Source: Euglena gracilis
Lineage: Eukaryota
NCBI GenBank assembly: GCA_039621445.1
Contig: CP154954.1
Location: forward strand, 35,697,703-35,761,702
DNA length: 64,000 nt
Direction: 5' to 3'
Shown here: positions 1-14,210 of the stretch, piece after piece
Layout: every line of letters begins with the position of its first letter
Numbering within the stretch: position 1 is the stretch's first letter
Made by a program: the position numbers and the translations under genes
Notes under the pieces: generated by a model
What the model saw: only the letters and a program-made list of their open reading frames with translations
Databases searched by the model: none
What the model was told of the DNA's origin: nothing

Positions 1-2891
<2,891 letters not shown>

Positions 2892-4989
2892 CAGCCGGCG
2901 CCCCTAATTTTTGAAACGTTTTGACACATTCTTGAAACGTTTTGACAAAGCTTTTGAATATTTTGACGGCATTCAGGAAATGTTTTGACAAGGTTTTTGG
3001 ACGTTGCTGTGCACAATTTTTGAAATACTTTGACAAAATCTTTGAAATGTTTAGACAAAATCTTTCAAACAAATTTGACAAAATCTTTGAGACTTTTTGA
3101 CAAATTTTTGGTGCATTTCCACGTCATTGTATGACCAATGTCTGTCCCGCAGGATGCCTCGTCTGAGCGTACCAGGCACCAGGCACTTGCTTAAGGGATT
3201 GCAGAACCCCCCCCCGGGGGGGGGCTGGACTGCAGCTAGTCCAAATTTGGCTAGTGGGTTTTCTAGCAGACCCCCCCGGGGGGGTCTGCTAGCAGGGCTA
3301 GCTAGTGGAATTTTTTTTTTCAGTGACCGGCGTGAAGTGCCAAAAATTTTTTGGGACACCCCCAAAATGGCCAAAAATGCCCGATTTTTGGCCTTTTTTT
3401 TGAATTTTTGGAACAAAATCAGCCAAAAACCTGTTAAAAACCTCATTTTTCCAGTCCGGGGGACCCCGGACCCCCCCGGGGGGGAAGGGGGGTCTAGCTA
3501 GTCCACTTTTTCCAGTGTCTAGCCGATTGGCTAGCCAGTACCCCCCCTGGGTCCTTTACTACAAACAAGACGTGGCGGACGCCGGTTCTGTCCAAAGCCC
3601 GGCGTCCGGAACGCCGGGCTTTGGGCAGAACCGGCGTCCGCCACGCCTTGTTTAAGCCGGCGTTTTAGAGACGCCGGGTTCAGGACAGAACCGGCGTCCC
3701 CACCCTTCGGTCAAAGGACACTCCCACGACCAATCTCCGACCACTGATCTGCAATGTCACACCACTTTGCACCTCACCAAATTCCGGCGATCGCGAGGGT
3801 ATTTCTGGCTGTGTCAATCGTCCAAGGACAAACTCACCCCTCAATCGAATGCTCTTTTCATCAGACGACTGGCGATCACCACAAAATTCAGCCACACCGC
3901 CTGGAGCTCTTATTTTCTGTCATTGGGACATCCTAATTTCACAACTCTGTTGCCCCCCCAAGGCCCAGGTCGTTGATTCGAAGAGAAAAAACGTTTCTGT
4001 AAGGTATATTCAGCATCTTAAACCAACAATCACTGAAAATTGCCACAAGTTTCAACTCAGATTCTGGCCGATCCGACCATCGCGAGCGTATCTCGGGCTG
4101 CGTGCAACGTTAGGGTACCAAGTTACCCCTCGATCGAAAGCTCTTTTCAACAGACGACCAGCGGTGCTCATCAGATCTTTCCACGCTGCACGGTGCTCTA
4201 TTTCCAAATCTGGGCCAATTTTCACCAAATTTGGATATCCACCCCACTGGTCCCCAGATGGCAAACTTCATTGTCCTTTGAAACGGTCATACCAGCACCT
4301 TAGGGCCACTTTTGGGCACTTTTGGTGACATTTTTAGGAATGAAAACCGGACGCCGGGCTTTGGACAAAACCGGCGTTCCTGACGCCGGGCTTTAGGACA
4401 GAACCGGCGTCCGGAAAGCCTGTGGGGGACGCCGGTTCTGTCCTGAACCCGGCGTCTCAAACGCCGGCTTAAGCAAATACCTGGAGCCTACCTGCCCACA
4501 TACTCTCCTCATTTGGGGAACTATTTGTTTATTGTCAATGGAGCTAGGGATTGTTCCCCCTCACTTACCATCCCCCCCAAAAGGTCAAAAATTTTCTTCC
4601 GGCGCTTCGCACTGAAAAAGTTCAGCATTTTTGACCAAATTTTACCAAAAAGTGCCCGAAATGGCACTTTCGGTCGATTTGAGTCCCTAAAAATGGCCAA
4701 TTTTGACCGCGCACCTGTAGAAGAGGGAGGAGGCATTCCACTTTCATCAGTTCCATCCACCATTTCACATTCTTCGTTGGTGTAGTCTATTTTAAGATTA
4801 ACGTCCTGTAGCACAATGAACATGACTCTTCCTCCCATTCCACCAGTGACAAATGTCCCCCCAGAAAAATGCGGATGCCCAAAAATTGCGCCCACAATGG
4901 ATCAAAGATTTTGTCCAGAACGCTTCAAAAATTTTGTCAAAATATTTCTGGAATTGGTCAAAATCTTCCTAGAATTTTGTCAAAAAATT

Positions 4990-4990
<1 letters not shown>
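2892..4990. mobile_element. Non-autonomous TIR-like DNA element, copy 1 (right end ~90 bp shorter than copy 2)
   Basis: Starts TTA|CAGCCGGCGCC. Many subterminal TTTTGACAAAA/TTTTGTCAAA motifs at both ends. Near-identical to the reverse complement of ~5745-7977. No convincing ORF. Confidence 0.6.
3563..3653. repeat. 91-bp near-perfect palindrome (hairpin/cruciform)
   Basis: AAACAAGACGTGGCGGACGCCGGTTCTGTCCAAAGCCCGGCGT...ACGCCGGGCTTTGGGCAGAACCGGCGTCCGCCACGCCTTGTTT. Confidence 0.9.
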
Positions 4991-5027
<37 letters not shown>

Positions 5028-5364
5028 AGGAGGAGGAGGAGGAGGAGGATGAGGAGGAGGAGGAGGAGGAGGAGGGGGGAGGAGGAGGAGAGGAGGAGGA
5101 GGAGGAGGAGGAGGAGGATGAGGAGGAGGAGAGGAGCAGGAGGAGCAGGAGGAGCAGTAGGAGGAGGAGCAGGAGCAGGGATTAGAGGAGGATGAGAGGA
5201 TAGGAGGAGGAGTGAGGAGGAGGATAGGATGAGGAGGAGGAGGAGGATTATTATTATTAGGAGGAGGAGGATGACCAGGAGCATTATAATTATCATTATT
5301 ATTATTATTATTATTATTTATTATATTATTATTGTCATTATCATTATAATTATCATTATTATTA

Positions 5365-5398
<34 letters not shown>

Positions 5399-5430
5399 TA
5401 TTACTACTACGACTACTACTACTACTACGA

Positions 5431-5505
<75 letters not shown>

Positions 5506-5529
5506 TTCCATTTCTGGCGACGTTCATGA

Positions 5530-5567
<38 letters not shown>

Positions 5568-5611
5568 TTATTATTATTATTATTATATTATTATTATTAT
5601 TATTATTATTA

Positions 5612-5655
<44 letters not shown>
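4991..5655. repeat. Compound microsatellite (CAGGAG/GAG grading into ATT/ACT/ATT) with embedded ATTCCATTTCTGGCGACGTTC motif
   Basis: Directly visible; same cassette layout as in 1-2891. Confidence 0.9.
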
Positions 5656-5656
<1 letters not shown>

Positions 5657-6233
5657 AGCTAACGCCTGTATTCTTGAGTCAAGAATGACAAAATCTTTGA
5701 CATGAATTTAACTCAATTTTTGAAATTTTTTGACAAGATCTTTGGAATTTTTTGACAAAATTTTAGGAAGATTTTGACCAATTCCAGAAATATTTTGACA
5801 AAATTTTTGAAGCGTTCTGGACAAAATCTTTGATCCATTGTGGGCGCAATTTTTGGGCATCCGCATTTTTCTGGGGGGGACATTTGTCACTGGTGGAATG
5901 GGAGGAAGAGTCATGTTCATTGTGCTACAGGATGTTAATCTTAAAATAGACTACACCAACGAAGAATGTGAAATGGTGGATGGAACTGATGAAAGTGGAA
6001 TGCCTCCTCCCTCTTCTACAGGTGCGCGGTCAAAATTGGCCATTTTTAGGGACTCAAATCGACCGAAAGTGCCATTTCGGGCACTTTTTGGTAAAATTTG
6101 GTCAAAAATGCTGCACTTTTTCAGTGCGAAGCGCCGGAAGAAAATTTTTGACCTTTTGGGGGGGATGGTAAATGAGGGGGGAAGAAAAAAAAAAAAAAGT
6201 GGAAGGGGAGGAGAGTTAGTGGAGGGCGTTGTT

Positions 6234-6272
<39 letters not shown>

Positions 6273-7977
6273 TTAGCTCCATTGACAATAAACAAACAGT
6301 TCCCCAAATGAGGAGAGTATGTGGGCAGGTACGCTCCAGGTATTTGCTTAAGCCGGCGTTTGAGACGCCGGGTTCAGGACAGAACCGGCGTCCCCCCCCC
6401 CACGGGCTTCCGGACGCCGGTTCTGTCCTAAAGCCCGGCGTCAGGAACGCCGGTTTTGTCCAAAACCCGGCGTCCGGTTTTCATTCCTAAAAATGTCACC
6501 AAAAGTGCCCAAAAGTGGCCCTAAGGTGCTGGTATGACCGTTTCAACCATCAAGGACAATGAAGTTTGCCATCTGGGGACCAGTGGGGTGGATATCCAAA
6601 TTTGGTGAAAATTGGCCCAGAAATAGAGTACCGTGCAGCGTGGAAAGATCTGATGAGCACCGCTGGTCGTCTGTTGAAAAGAGCTTTCGATCGAGGGGTA
6701 ACTTGGTACCCTAACGTTGCACGCAGCCCGAAATACGCTCGTGATCGTCGGATCGGCCAGAATCTGAGTCGAAACTTGTGGCAATTTTCAGTGACTTTTG
6801 GTTTAAGATGCTGAATATACCTTACAGAAACGTTTTTTCTCTTCGAATCAACGACCTGGGCCTTGGGGGGGGGCAACAGAGTTGTGAAATTAGGATTCCC
6901 CACTTACAGAAAATAAGAGCTCCAGGCGGTGTGGCTGAATTTGGTGATGATCGCCAGTCGTCTGATGAAAAGAGCTTTCAATTGAGGGGTGAGTTTGTCC
7001 TTGGACGATTGACACAGCCAGAAATACCCTCGCGATCGCCGGAATTTGGTGAGGTGCAAAGTGGTGTGACATTGCAGATCAGTGGTCGGAGATTGGTCGT
7101 GGGAGTGTCCTTTGACCGAAGGGTGGGGACGCCGGTTCTGTCCTGAACCCGGCGTCTCTAAAACGCCGGCTTAAACAAGAGGTGGCGGACGCCAGTTCTG
7201 TCCAAATCCCGGCGTTTCGGACGCCGGTTCCGTCCGAAGGACGGAACCGGCGTCCGGAACGCCGGGATTTGGACAGAACTGGCGTCCGCCACCTCTTGTT
7301 TGTAGTAAACGACCCGGGGAAGGTACTGGCTAGCCAATCGGCTAGACACTGGAAAAAGTGGACTAGCTAGACCCCCTTCCCCCCCCCCCCCGGGGGGGGG
7401 GCCCGGGGGCCCCCGGACTGGAAAAATGAGGTTTTTAACAGGTTTTTGGCTGATTTTGTTCCAAAAATTCCAAAAAAAATGGCCAAAAAAACGGGCATTT
7501 TTGGCCATTTTTGGGGGTCCCAAAAAAATTTGCGCCGCTTCGCGCCGGCCACTGGAAAAAAATTCCACTAGCTGGCCCTGCTAGCAGACCCCCCCCGGGG
7601 GGGTCTGCTAGAAAACCCACTAGCCAAATTTGGACTAGCTGCAGTCCAGCCCCCCCCCGGGGGGGCACTGCAATCCCTTAAGCAAATGCCTGGTGCCTAG
7701 TACGCTCAGGCGAGGCATCCTGCGGGACAGACATTGGTCATACAATGACGTGGAAATGCACCAAAATTGGGGTCAAAAAAGTCTCAAAAGATTTTGTCAA
7801 AGGGGGGAAAGATTTGTCAAAACATTTCAAAGAGGGGGGCAAAATAGGGCAAAGATTGTGCACAGCAACGTTCAAAAACCCGTCAAAATATTCCGGATAC
7901 CGGCAAAAGAGGGCAAAAGCGGGGCAAACCGGGGCAAGAAGGGGGCAAAACGGGGCAAAAAGGAGGGGCGCCGGGGG
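5656..7977. mobile_element. Non-autonomous TIR-like DNA element, copy 2 (inverted relative to copy 1)
   Basis: Starts TTA|CAGCTAACGCC and ends ...GGCGCCGG, whose reverse complement matches the copy-1 start CAGCCGGCGCC, giving an imperfect ~11-bp TIR. Subterminal TTTTGACAAAA repeats. Flanked by microsatellite on both sides. Confidence 0.6.
7173..7301. repeat. 129-bp palindrome: 63-bp stem (1 mismatch) with GAA triloop at 7236-7238
   Basis: Arms read directly; centre CGTCC-GAA-GGACG. Confidence 0.92.
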
Positions 7978-8818
7978 GAGGTAGGAGGAGGAGGAGGAGG
8001 AGGAGGAGGAGCCGGTGGAGGAGGAGGAGCAGGCGGAGGAGGAGGAGAGGAGGAGCAGGAGCAGGAGAAGGAGCAGGAGCAGGAGGAGGAGGAGGAGAGG
8101 CAGGAGCGGAGCAGCAGCAGCAGGAGGAGGAGAGGAGGAGGAGAAGGAGGAGGAGGAGGAGGAGGAGGATGAGGAGGAGGAGGAGGAGGAGGAGGAGGAG
8201 CAGGAGGAGGAGGAGGATCGGGAGGAGGGGGAGGAGAGGAGGAGGAGGAGGAGGAGGAGGAGGAGGAGGAGGGAGGAGGAGAGGAGGAGGAGGAGGAGGA
8301 GGAGGAGGAGGAGAAGGAGGAGGTGGATGAGGAGGAGGTGGAGGAGGAGAGGAGAGGAGGAGGAGGAGAGGAGGAGGGGAGGAGGAGGAGGAGGAGGAGG
8401 AGGAGGAGCGGAGGAGAGGAAGGGATAGGAGGAGGAGGAGGGGGTAGGAGGAGGGAGGAGGAGGAGAGGAGGAGGAGGAGGAGAGGAGGAGAGGAGGAGG
8501 AGGAGTAAGGAGGAGGAGGGAGGAGGAGGGGATGAGGGAGGTGGAGGAGGAGGAGGAGAGGAGGGATGAGGATAGGAGGAGGAGATGAGGAGGAGTGGGG
8601 GGAGAGGAGGAGGGGAGGAGGAGGAGAGAGGAGAGGAGGAGGAGAGGAGGAGGAGAGAGCGGGCAGGACAAGGGGGGGAAGGAGGGGGGAGGGAGGGAGG
8701 AGGGGAGGAGATAGCAGGAGAGAGGAGCAGGATGAGCAGGAGGAGGAGGAGAGGAGGAGGAGAGCAGGAGGAGGAGGAGGAGCAGGAGGAGGAGGAGACG
8801 GGACGACACGAACGACGA

Positions 8819-8852
<34 letters not shown>

Positions 8853-8913
8853 CGACGACGGACGACGACGACGAGGGACGACGACGACGAGGGGACGACG
8901 ACGAGACGACGAA

Positions 8914-8945
<32 letters not shown>

Positions 8946-9029
8946 AGACGACGACGGACGACGACGAGACGACGACGACGAGACGACGACGACGACGACG
9001 ACGACGAGACGACGACGACGACGACGACG

Positions 9030-9061
<32 letters not shown>

Positions 9062-9187
9062 ACGACGAGGACGACGACGACAACGAACGACGACGACGGA
9101 CGACGACGACGGACGACGAAGACGACGACGACGACGACGACGAGACGACGGACGGACGACGAGACGGACGACGACGACGACGACGAC

Positions 9188-9221
<34 letters not shown>

Positions 9222-9243
9222 ACGACGACGACGACGACGACGA

Positions 9244-9283
<40 letters not shown>

Positions 9284-9311
9284 CGACGACGACGACGACG
9301 ACGACGACGAA

Positions 9312-9354
<43 letters not shown>

Positions 9355-9425
9355 CGACGACGACGACGGAGACGACGACGACGACGACGACACGACGACG
9401 GACGACGAGACGACGACGACGACGA

Positions 9426-9462
<37 letters not shown>

Positions 9463-9600
9463 CGACGACGACGACGACGACGGAAGACGACGACGACGAC
9501 GACGACGGACGACGACGAGGACGACGACGGACGACGGAGAGGACGAGGACGACGACGACGGACGACGACAACGAACGGACGAGGACGCACGGGAGAAACC
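7978..9600. repeat. (GAG)n/(CAGGAG)n then (GAC)n microsatellite
   Basis: Directly visible; probably (TAT)n/(CATTAT)n/(TAC)n read with T->G. Confidence 0.85.
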
Positions 9601-11640
9601 CGACGCTGAAAGAAAACGTGAAAAGATTGTCGAATCACTCGATCTAACGAAAACGAATACAACGCGATGAAACTTCGAAACGATAGACGAAAACCGACGA
9701 CGAAAAAAGGAACGAACGAAAACGACGGACGACTATGGCTCGCCCCGAAAGAAAACCCGAACCCGAACGGGAACCGAAAAACTCCCCGACACCGAAGACG
9801 ACGAAAAACCCGACTCGACGAAAAACGAACGAACCGACTCGAACGAATCTAAACCCTAAAACCCTAACGGCGTCGACGAACCCGAACGACTACGAATCGA
9901 ACCGAAAACGATCGAGCGAAAAAAAAAAAAAAAACGACGACGACGACGTAAACGACGGAAAACACGCGAACAGAAGACGAAAACCGACAAAGAAAAAACC
10001 GTACCGCCGAAAAACAAAACCCGAACCCTGCGAAATTTTGAGCGACCCGAAAGAAACGAAAACTACCGAAAACGTAGAAAAAACAACGGAGAACGAAAAG
10101 ACCTGCGACGAACGGACGAAAACGAAAACCGAACCGAAAAACGAATCGAACGAAATCGCAACCACGACTAAACGACGAAAACGACGATGAAAAAACTAAA
10201 AAAAAAAAAAACGACGAACGACACGAGAATGGCTAAAAAACTAAATACCGACGAAGACGGCCGAACTATCTTGAGACGAAACGATACTAGAAAAGACGAT
10301 CGAAACGAACGGTTAGATACCAATCGAAAGCGAAAAACGATCGACGAGAAAAACGACGAAAGACCGAAACCTCGGAGAGACAAACGCCGAACCGAAAAAA
10401 CCGAGCGAAACGACCGAACTCCAACCCGAACCGAAACGAACCGAACCCGAAAACCCGAACCCGAACCAACAAACGAACTGAAAAAAAACTTACGAACGAA
10501 CCCGACCAAACGTCTCGAAACCCGAACCCGAACCGAAGAAAACCGAAAAACGAACTAACGAAAAACGAAACGACGAACGCGAAATAAATAAAAAGACCGA
10601 CGAAAACGACGACGAAAAACTTCGAAAACGCGAGAAAAAACCCGACAACGAACAAAAAACGAGCGACGAACGAAAAACGATAAAAAACGAACGACAGATT
10701 CCACAAAAAACGGAAACGAAACCGACGAAAGAAGAACGACGACGAACACGGAACGACGAAAGAAGACCGGACGAAAGAAACGAACGATGAACTATTCCCG
10801 ACCGAAACGAGAACAAGATGACTACAAACACGCAAAGGAAGGATCCATGAAGCGACGAAAAAAGAAGAAAAACCGAAACGAAAAACCGAATCGAACTAAG
10901 ATCGCCGAAAAGCGACGAAACAACCGATCGATACGAAATGACCAACCCGAATCTCGAACTCCGATCGAAACATGAAACGAATTCAACGAACGGCGATGAA
11001 ACGAAAATACGAACGAAAAAAGAAAAAACAGAAAAAACGACTGCGACCCGAATACAGAAAAACCACGAACCGAAGGAACGGTAAAAGAAACGACACGAAC
11101 CCGAAACGTTACCAAACGACGGAAACCCGCCGAGACGACGGTACGAACGAAACCGAGAACGACGAACAAAACCGAAACGGAAGAACGACGAAAGAACGCC
11201 CGCAGAAAACGGACGAACCAACCGAACCGACTAAAACTGAAAAAAGACGCAATGAAAAAGAGACCGAGCGAAAACAAAACCCAGAAAACGTTTAAACCCC
11301 GAAAAACCCGAACGATCGAATCGAAACGAAAACGAACGAAAGCGGAACCCAAACACGAACACCCAAGGTGAAAAACCCATCACGAGATAAAAGCCGTAAA
11401 AAAAAAAAAAAACAGATAAACGACGCAACGAGAAAAAAAAAAAAAGAAAACCGAACGAAGAACCAAAAAAAAAAACATCGACGAATACGCCCCCCCGCAG
11501 GCGCCAAAAAAAAAAAAAACCGCACACGTAGGGCGAAAAGGAACCCGACGCAAACGCAGGAAAAAAAAAAAAAAAAAAAACGCGGGCGGCCAAAAAAAAA
11601 AAACCAAAAAACACGGCGAAAACTAACGAAACACGCGAAC
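9601..11640. other. T-depleted ACGAAA-like low-complexity sequence, probably low-quality or miscalled
   Basis: Very few T, dominated by ACG/AAA words, no periodic unit. Grades at ~11640 into recognisable retrotransposon gag sequence. Confidence 0.6.
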
Positions 11641-12294
11641 CGCAATCGAAAACGACCTCTCAGACGCCTCCGCGTTTTCACGCCAATCGGGCAATTCATC
11701 ACGGTCATCGGGTCCCCGTTCCGGTGGTATTAGCCCCCGGATCCCGTTCCGCGATGAGCGGAAACACGGTACCCCTCGGGGTAGGGCACCCGCGCCCCCG
11801 GCCAAGACGCGTGCTTCTCATCGCGAGACATCGCGATCGCGTTCGCGAAGCGGATCATCTTCTTCGCGATCGTCATCGGGAAAACCCCGATACACCGGTC
11901 ATGGTCGACGGGATATCCGGTCACCACGACGGTTTGACGGGAAATCGGGAAACCGATCCCCCCGTTACCAAGAATCGCGCGACCCAACTCTCGGTGTTCG
12001 CTTTGTGGATCGAGTGATCACCACTCATCCAAATGTCCGCGTTCTCGTTCTCCCCGCCCTGGCCATCGTCATCGCGGTATGAATCGCGGTGACAAGGGTC
12101 ACTCCTCCAACCGCCATAAAGTCGGTTTCAAGATATCTTGTTTGGAGGATGATCTCTAGGCGGCGGGCAGGGAGGGGGATGAGACCACGGATACCGATTT
12201 CGACGAGGCCCGCATGGCGGTGCGCACGTTGAAATCAGTTTATACCTCTAAAAGGCCCATAGCCGGCTATTCGGCCGGTTCGGACCTGGAGTAG
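11641..12294 (+). pseudogene. gag: gag C-terminal remnant of element A (RS-rich region, CCHC knuckle CSLCGSSDHHSSKC at ~11994-12035, TAG at 12292-12294)
   Basis: Homologous to the end of the 1360-aa ORF 29223..33305; frameshifted. Confidence 0.8.
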
Positions 12295-12377
12295 GGGAGC
12301 CCGAGGTCCGAGGGCACGGACCTCTGGGCTGATGAACAGATGGAGGTAGGACCTGATCAACCCTGCCCCCCCTGCCC
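12292..12377 (+). promoter_or_regulatory. Putative UAG readthrough signal (stop, 8-nt spacer, stem-loop/pseudoknot)
   Basis: TAG-GGGAGCCC-GAGGTCCG-AGGGCA-CGGACCTC. Loop GGGCA is complementary to downstream TGCCC. Pol is in frame with gag. Confidence 0.75.
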
Positions 12378-12754
12378 ATCTGCCTTTCTGGTCGGTACCC
12401 GGAAAATTTTCGGGTCCCCCTCCACCCACTCCAACTTTCCGCTCGGAATGTTGTGCAAAGTAGGAAAGGGTTCATGGGAAAGCTGGCAAGAAAACGTATT
12501 TTCGCCAGACCCTTCACTTTGCCTACCCCCCATGGAACTTTTGGTCCAAGCGGAAATCAGAATCCAAAATTTTTGTGCAAAAGTCAAAATTCTCATTGAC
12601 ACTGGTTGTCGCATTGCACTACTTTTTCGGTTCGGGTTGATACCAACCCCCCTCTTGGTGAAAGCCAAGAAGCCGATCAAAATTACGACGGCTGACAACA
12701 CCCCCATGTGCGGTGGTGAATTGGGATGCTTTTTGGACATTGTCCTACCCCTCA
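12295..12754 (+). pseudogene. pol: pol N-terminus of element A, aspartic protease (ILIDTG at ~12589-12606), cut by insertion at 12755
   Basis: Retropepsin DTG motif; the protein resumes at 14211 (IIPKHHS...GYPFL), matching the element B protease. Confidence 0.88.
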
Positions 12755-14210
12755 GTGTACGTCCAAGGACTTCCCTTTGATTGTCCTCATCAAACTGCAA
12801 AACTTTGTTGAGCATGGTTGCACATTCCGCAACGTATTGGTGGACATGCAAAATTTGCTTACTCAGCGGGTGATCCGCTGGGAGTTGACCGAGAATTCGG
12901 TAAACATCACCGGGGGTGAGGTTATCCCTCAAATCTTCCTCATAGTCCTCCACAATGGAAACGGCACCAGAGATTTCCGGTACCACCAGACGCATATCTG
13001 GGTTCCATGGCAATGCAGGGAAAACCGCAGCTTCCGCGGGTAATCCCGGCAAAGCGTGAAATGGTGTGGGGGGTGGTAATTGAGGGGGGGGTTGGAAAAA
13101 CACGGTGTTTCCACCGAGTTGCACTCCAAAAGGCCCACCGGTGCTTCCACCGGGGATCTTTTGGGTGTGAACAGAGCAAAGGGCAAATACCCCTCACTTT
13201 GTTCATGGGTAACATGAGTAACCAAGTGTGAGGATGCAAGGGGTTCATCCCCTCGCCGTATCAATGATGGGTGAATCGGGATGGAGGAAAGCATTTTGCC
13301 ACCTACATCCCGCACAATCAATGACAATGATGATGAAGAGGGCTCATTACCCCCATGCAACAATAAAGGCGTTTCGCCTTTTGACAATGACAAATGAGTC
13401 AAATTGCCTTCTTCTTGCTTGGGGGGTCGGGAATTGGAACTTGTTTCATTCAAACCGTTCCAATCCCCGCAATCTTCATCACAATTGCTCAATGAACTCA
13501 TCAACAAGTCATAATCAAATTTGGGGTTGGGGCTTGTGCTCTGCATCTTTTGAGATGGGTAAAAAGGCAAAAACCCAAAAATTCACACAAATAAGCAGAG
13601 AAACAGGGACCAGAAAGGTTATATCGGCGATTACCGAACAGAGCCTTCTGAGACCTGTATCCTTGCTTAAAGGTCGGCTAGGGGCCAGGAACAGTACTTT
13701 CACCGTGTTTCACGGCTCAGTACGATCCTCACCACCAGTCAACCACAGAGTTTCTCTGTGTGGAACGTCTGTGTAGGATCGTTGCCTAAATCTGCTACCA
13801 AGTGTACGTCCAAGGACTTCCCTTTGACCCCTTTTGTCCCGGAAAAGCCTGTTTCGCTTTCTCCTGGTGCGCACCTACTTAGGTGAGTAAAAATCCTTGG
13901 AGTAACAAAAGCCCTTTTCCCAATTCCCCTATGCTAAGGCAGAGCACAAAGCAAGGCGCTGTAGAAGGATTTTCCTTCACAGTCGAGTTCAGTCTTTTCA
14001 GAGGTTAATCCTCTTGCTTCAAAACAATCAAAATGTGAAGAATAGAATACCACCTGTGAGGAAAAGAGATCACGCAGGCACGTGCGATACGTGTCGCTAA
14101 ATCCCATAGGAACTGCCACGATCGTCAGGCTGTGTTCATCACAGCCGTCAGATTGTGACGGATCCAGACTCTGCAGGCTTCCCACAGAGCTGGGATCGTG
14201 CCTGGTACAC
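12755..14210 (-). mobile_element. Internally deleted copy of element B (26 bp of one LTR + 5' part of gag + PBS + full LTR), 4-bp TSD CTCA/ATCA
   Basis: 12781-13800 is nearly identical to 32515-33535. Starts with the LTR terminus GTGTACGTCCAAGGACTTCCCTTTGA. Confidence 0.92.
13802..14210 (-). repeat. LTR (409 bp)
   Basis: About 3 substitutions versus 17198-17606 by eye; termini GTGTAC...GTACAC. Confidence 0.95.

Noticed and set aside
9849-9868. Telomere-like TAAACCCTAAAACCCTAA
   Set aside because: Only two imperfect units, inside unreliable sequence.
14082-14210. N-terminus of the 1038-aa ORF, and the other LTR-derived ORFs (13934, 17330, 17487, 33725)
   Set aside because: Fortuitous in-frame reading through LTR sequence; true pol resumes at 14211.
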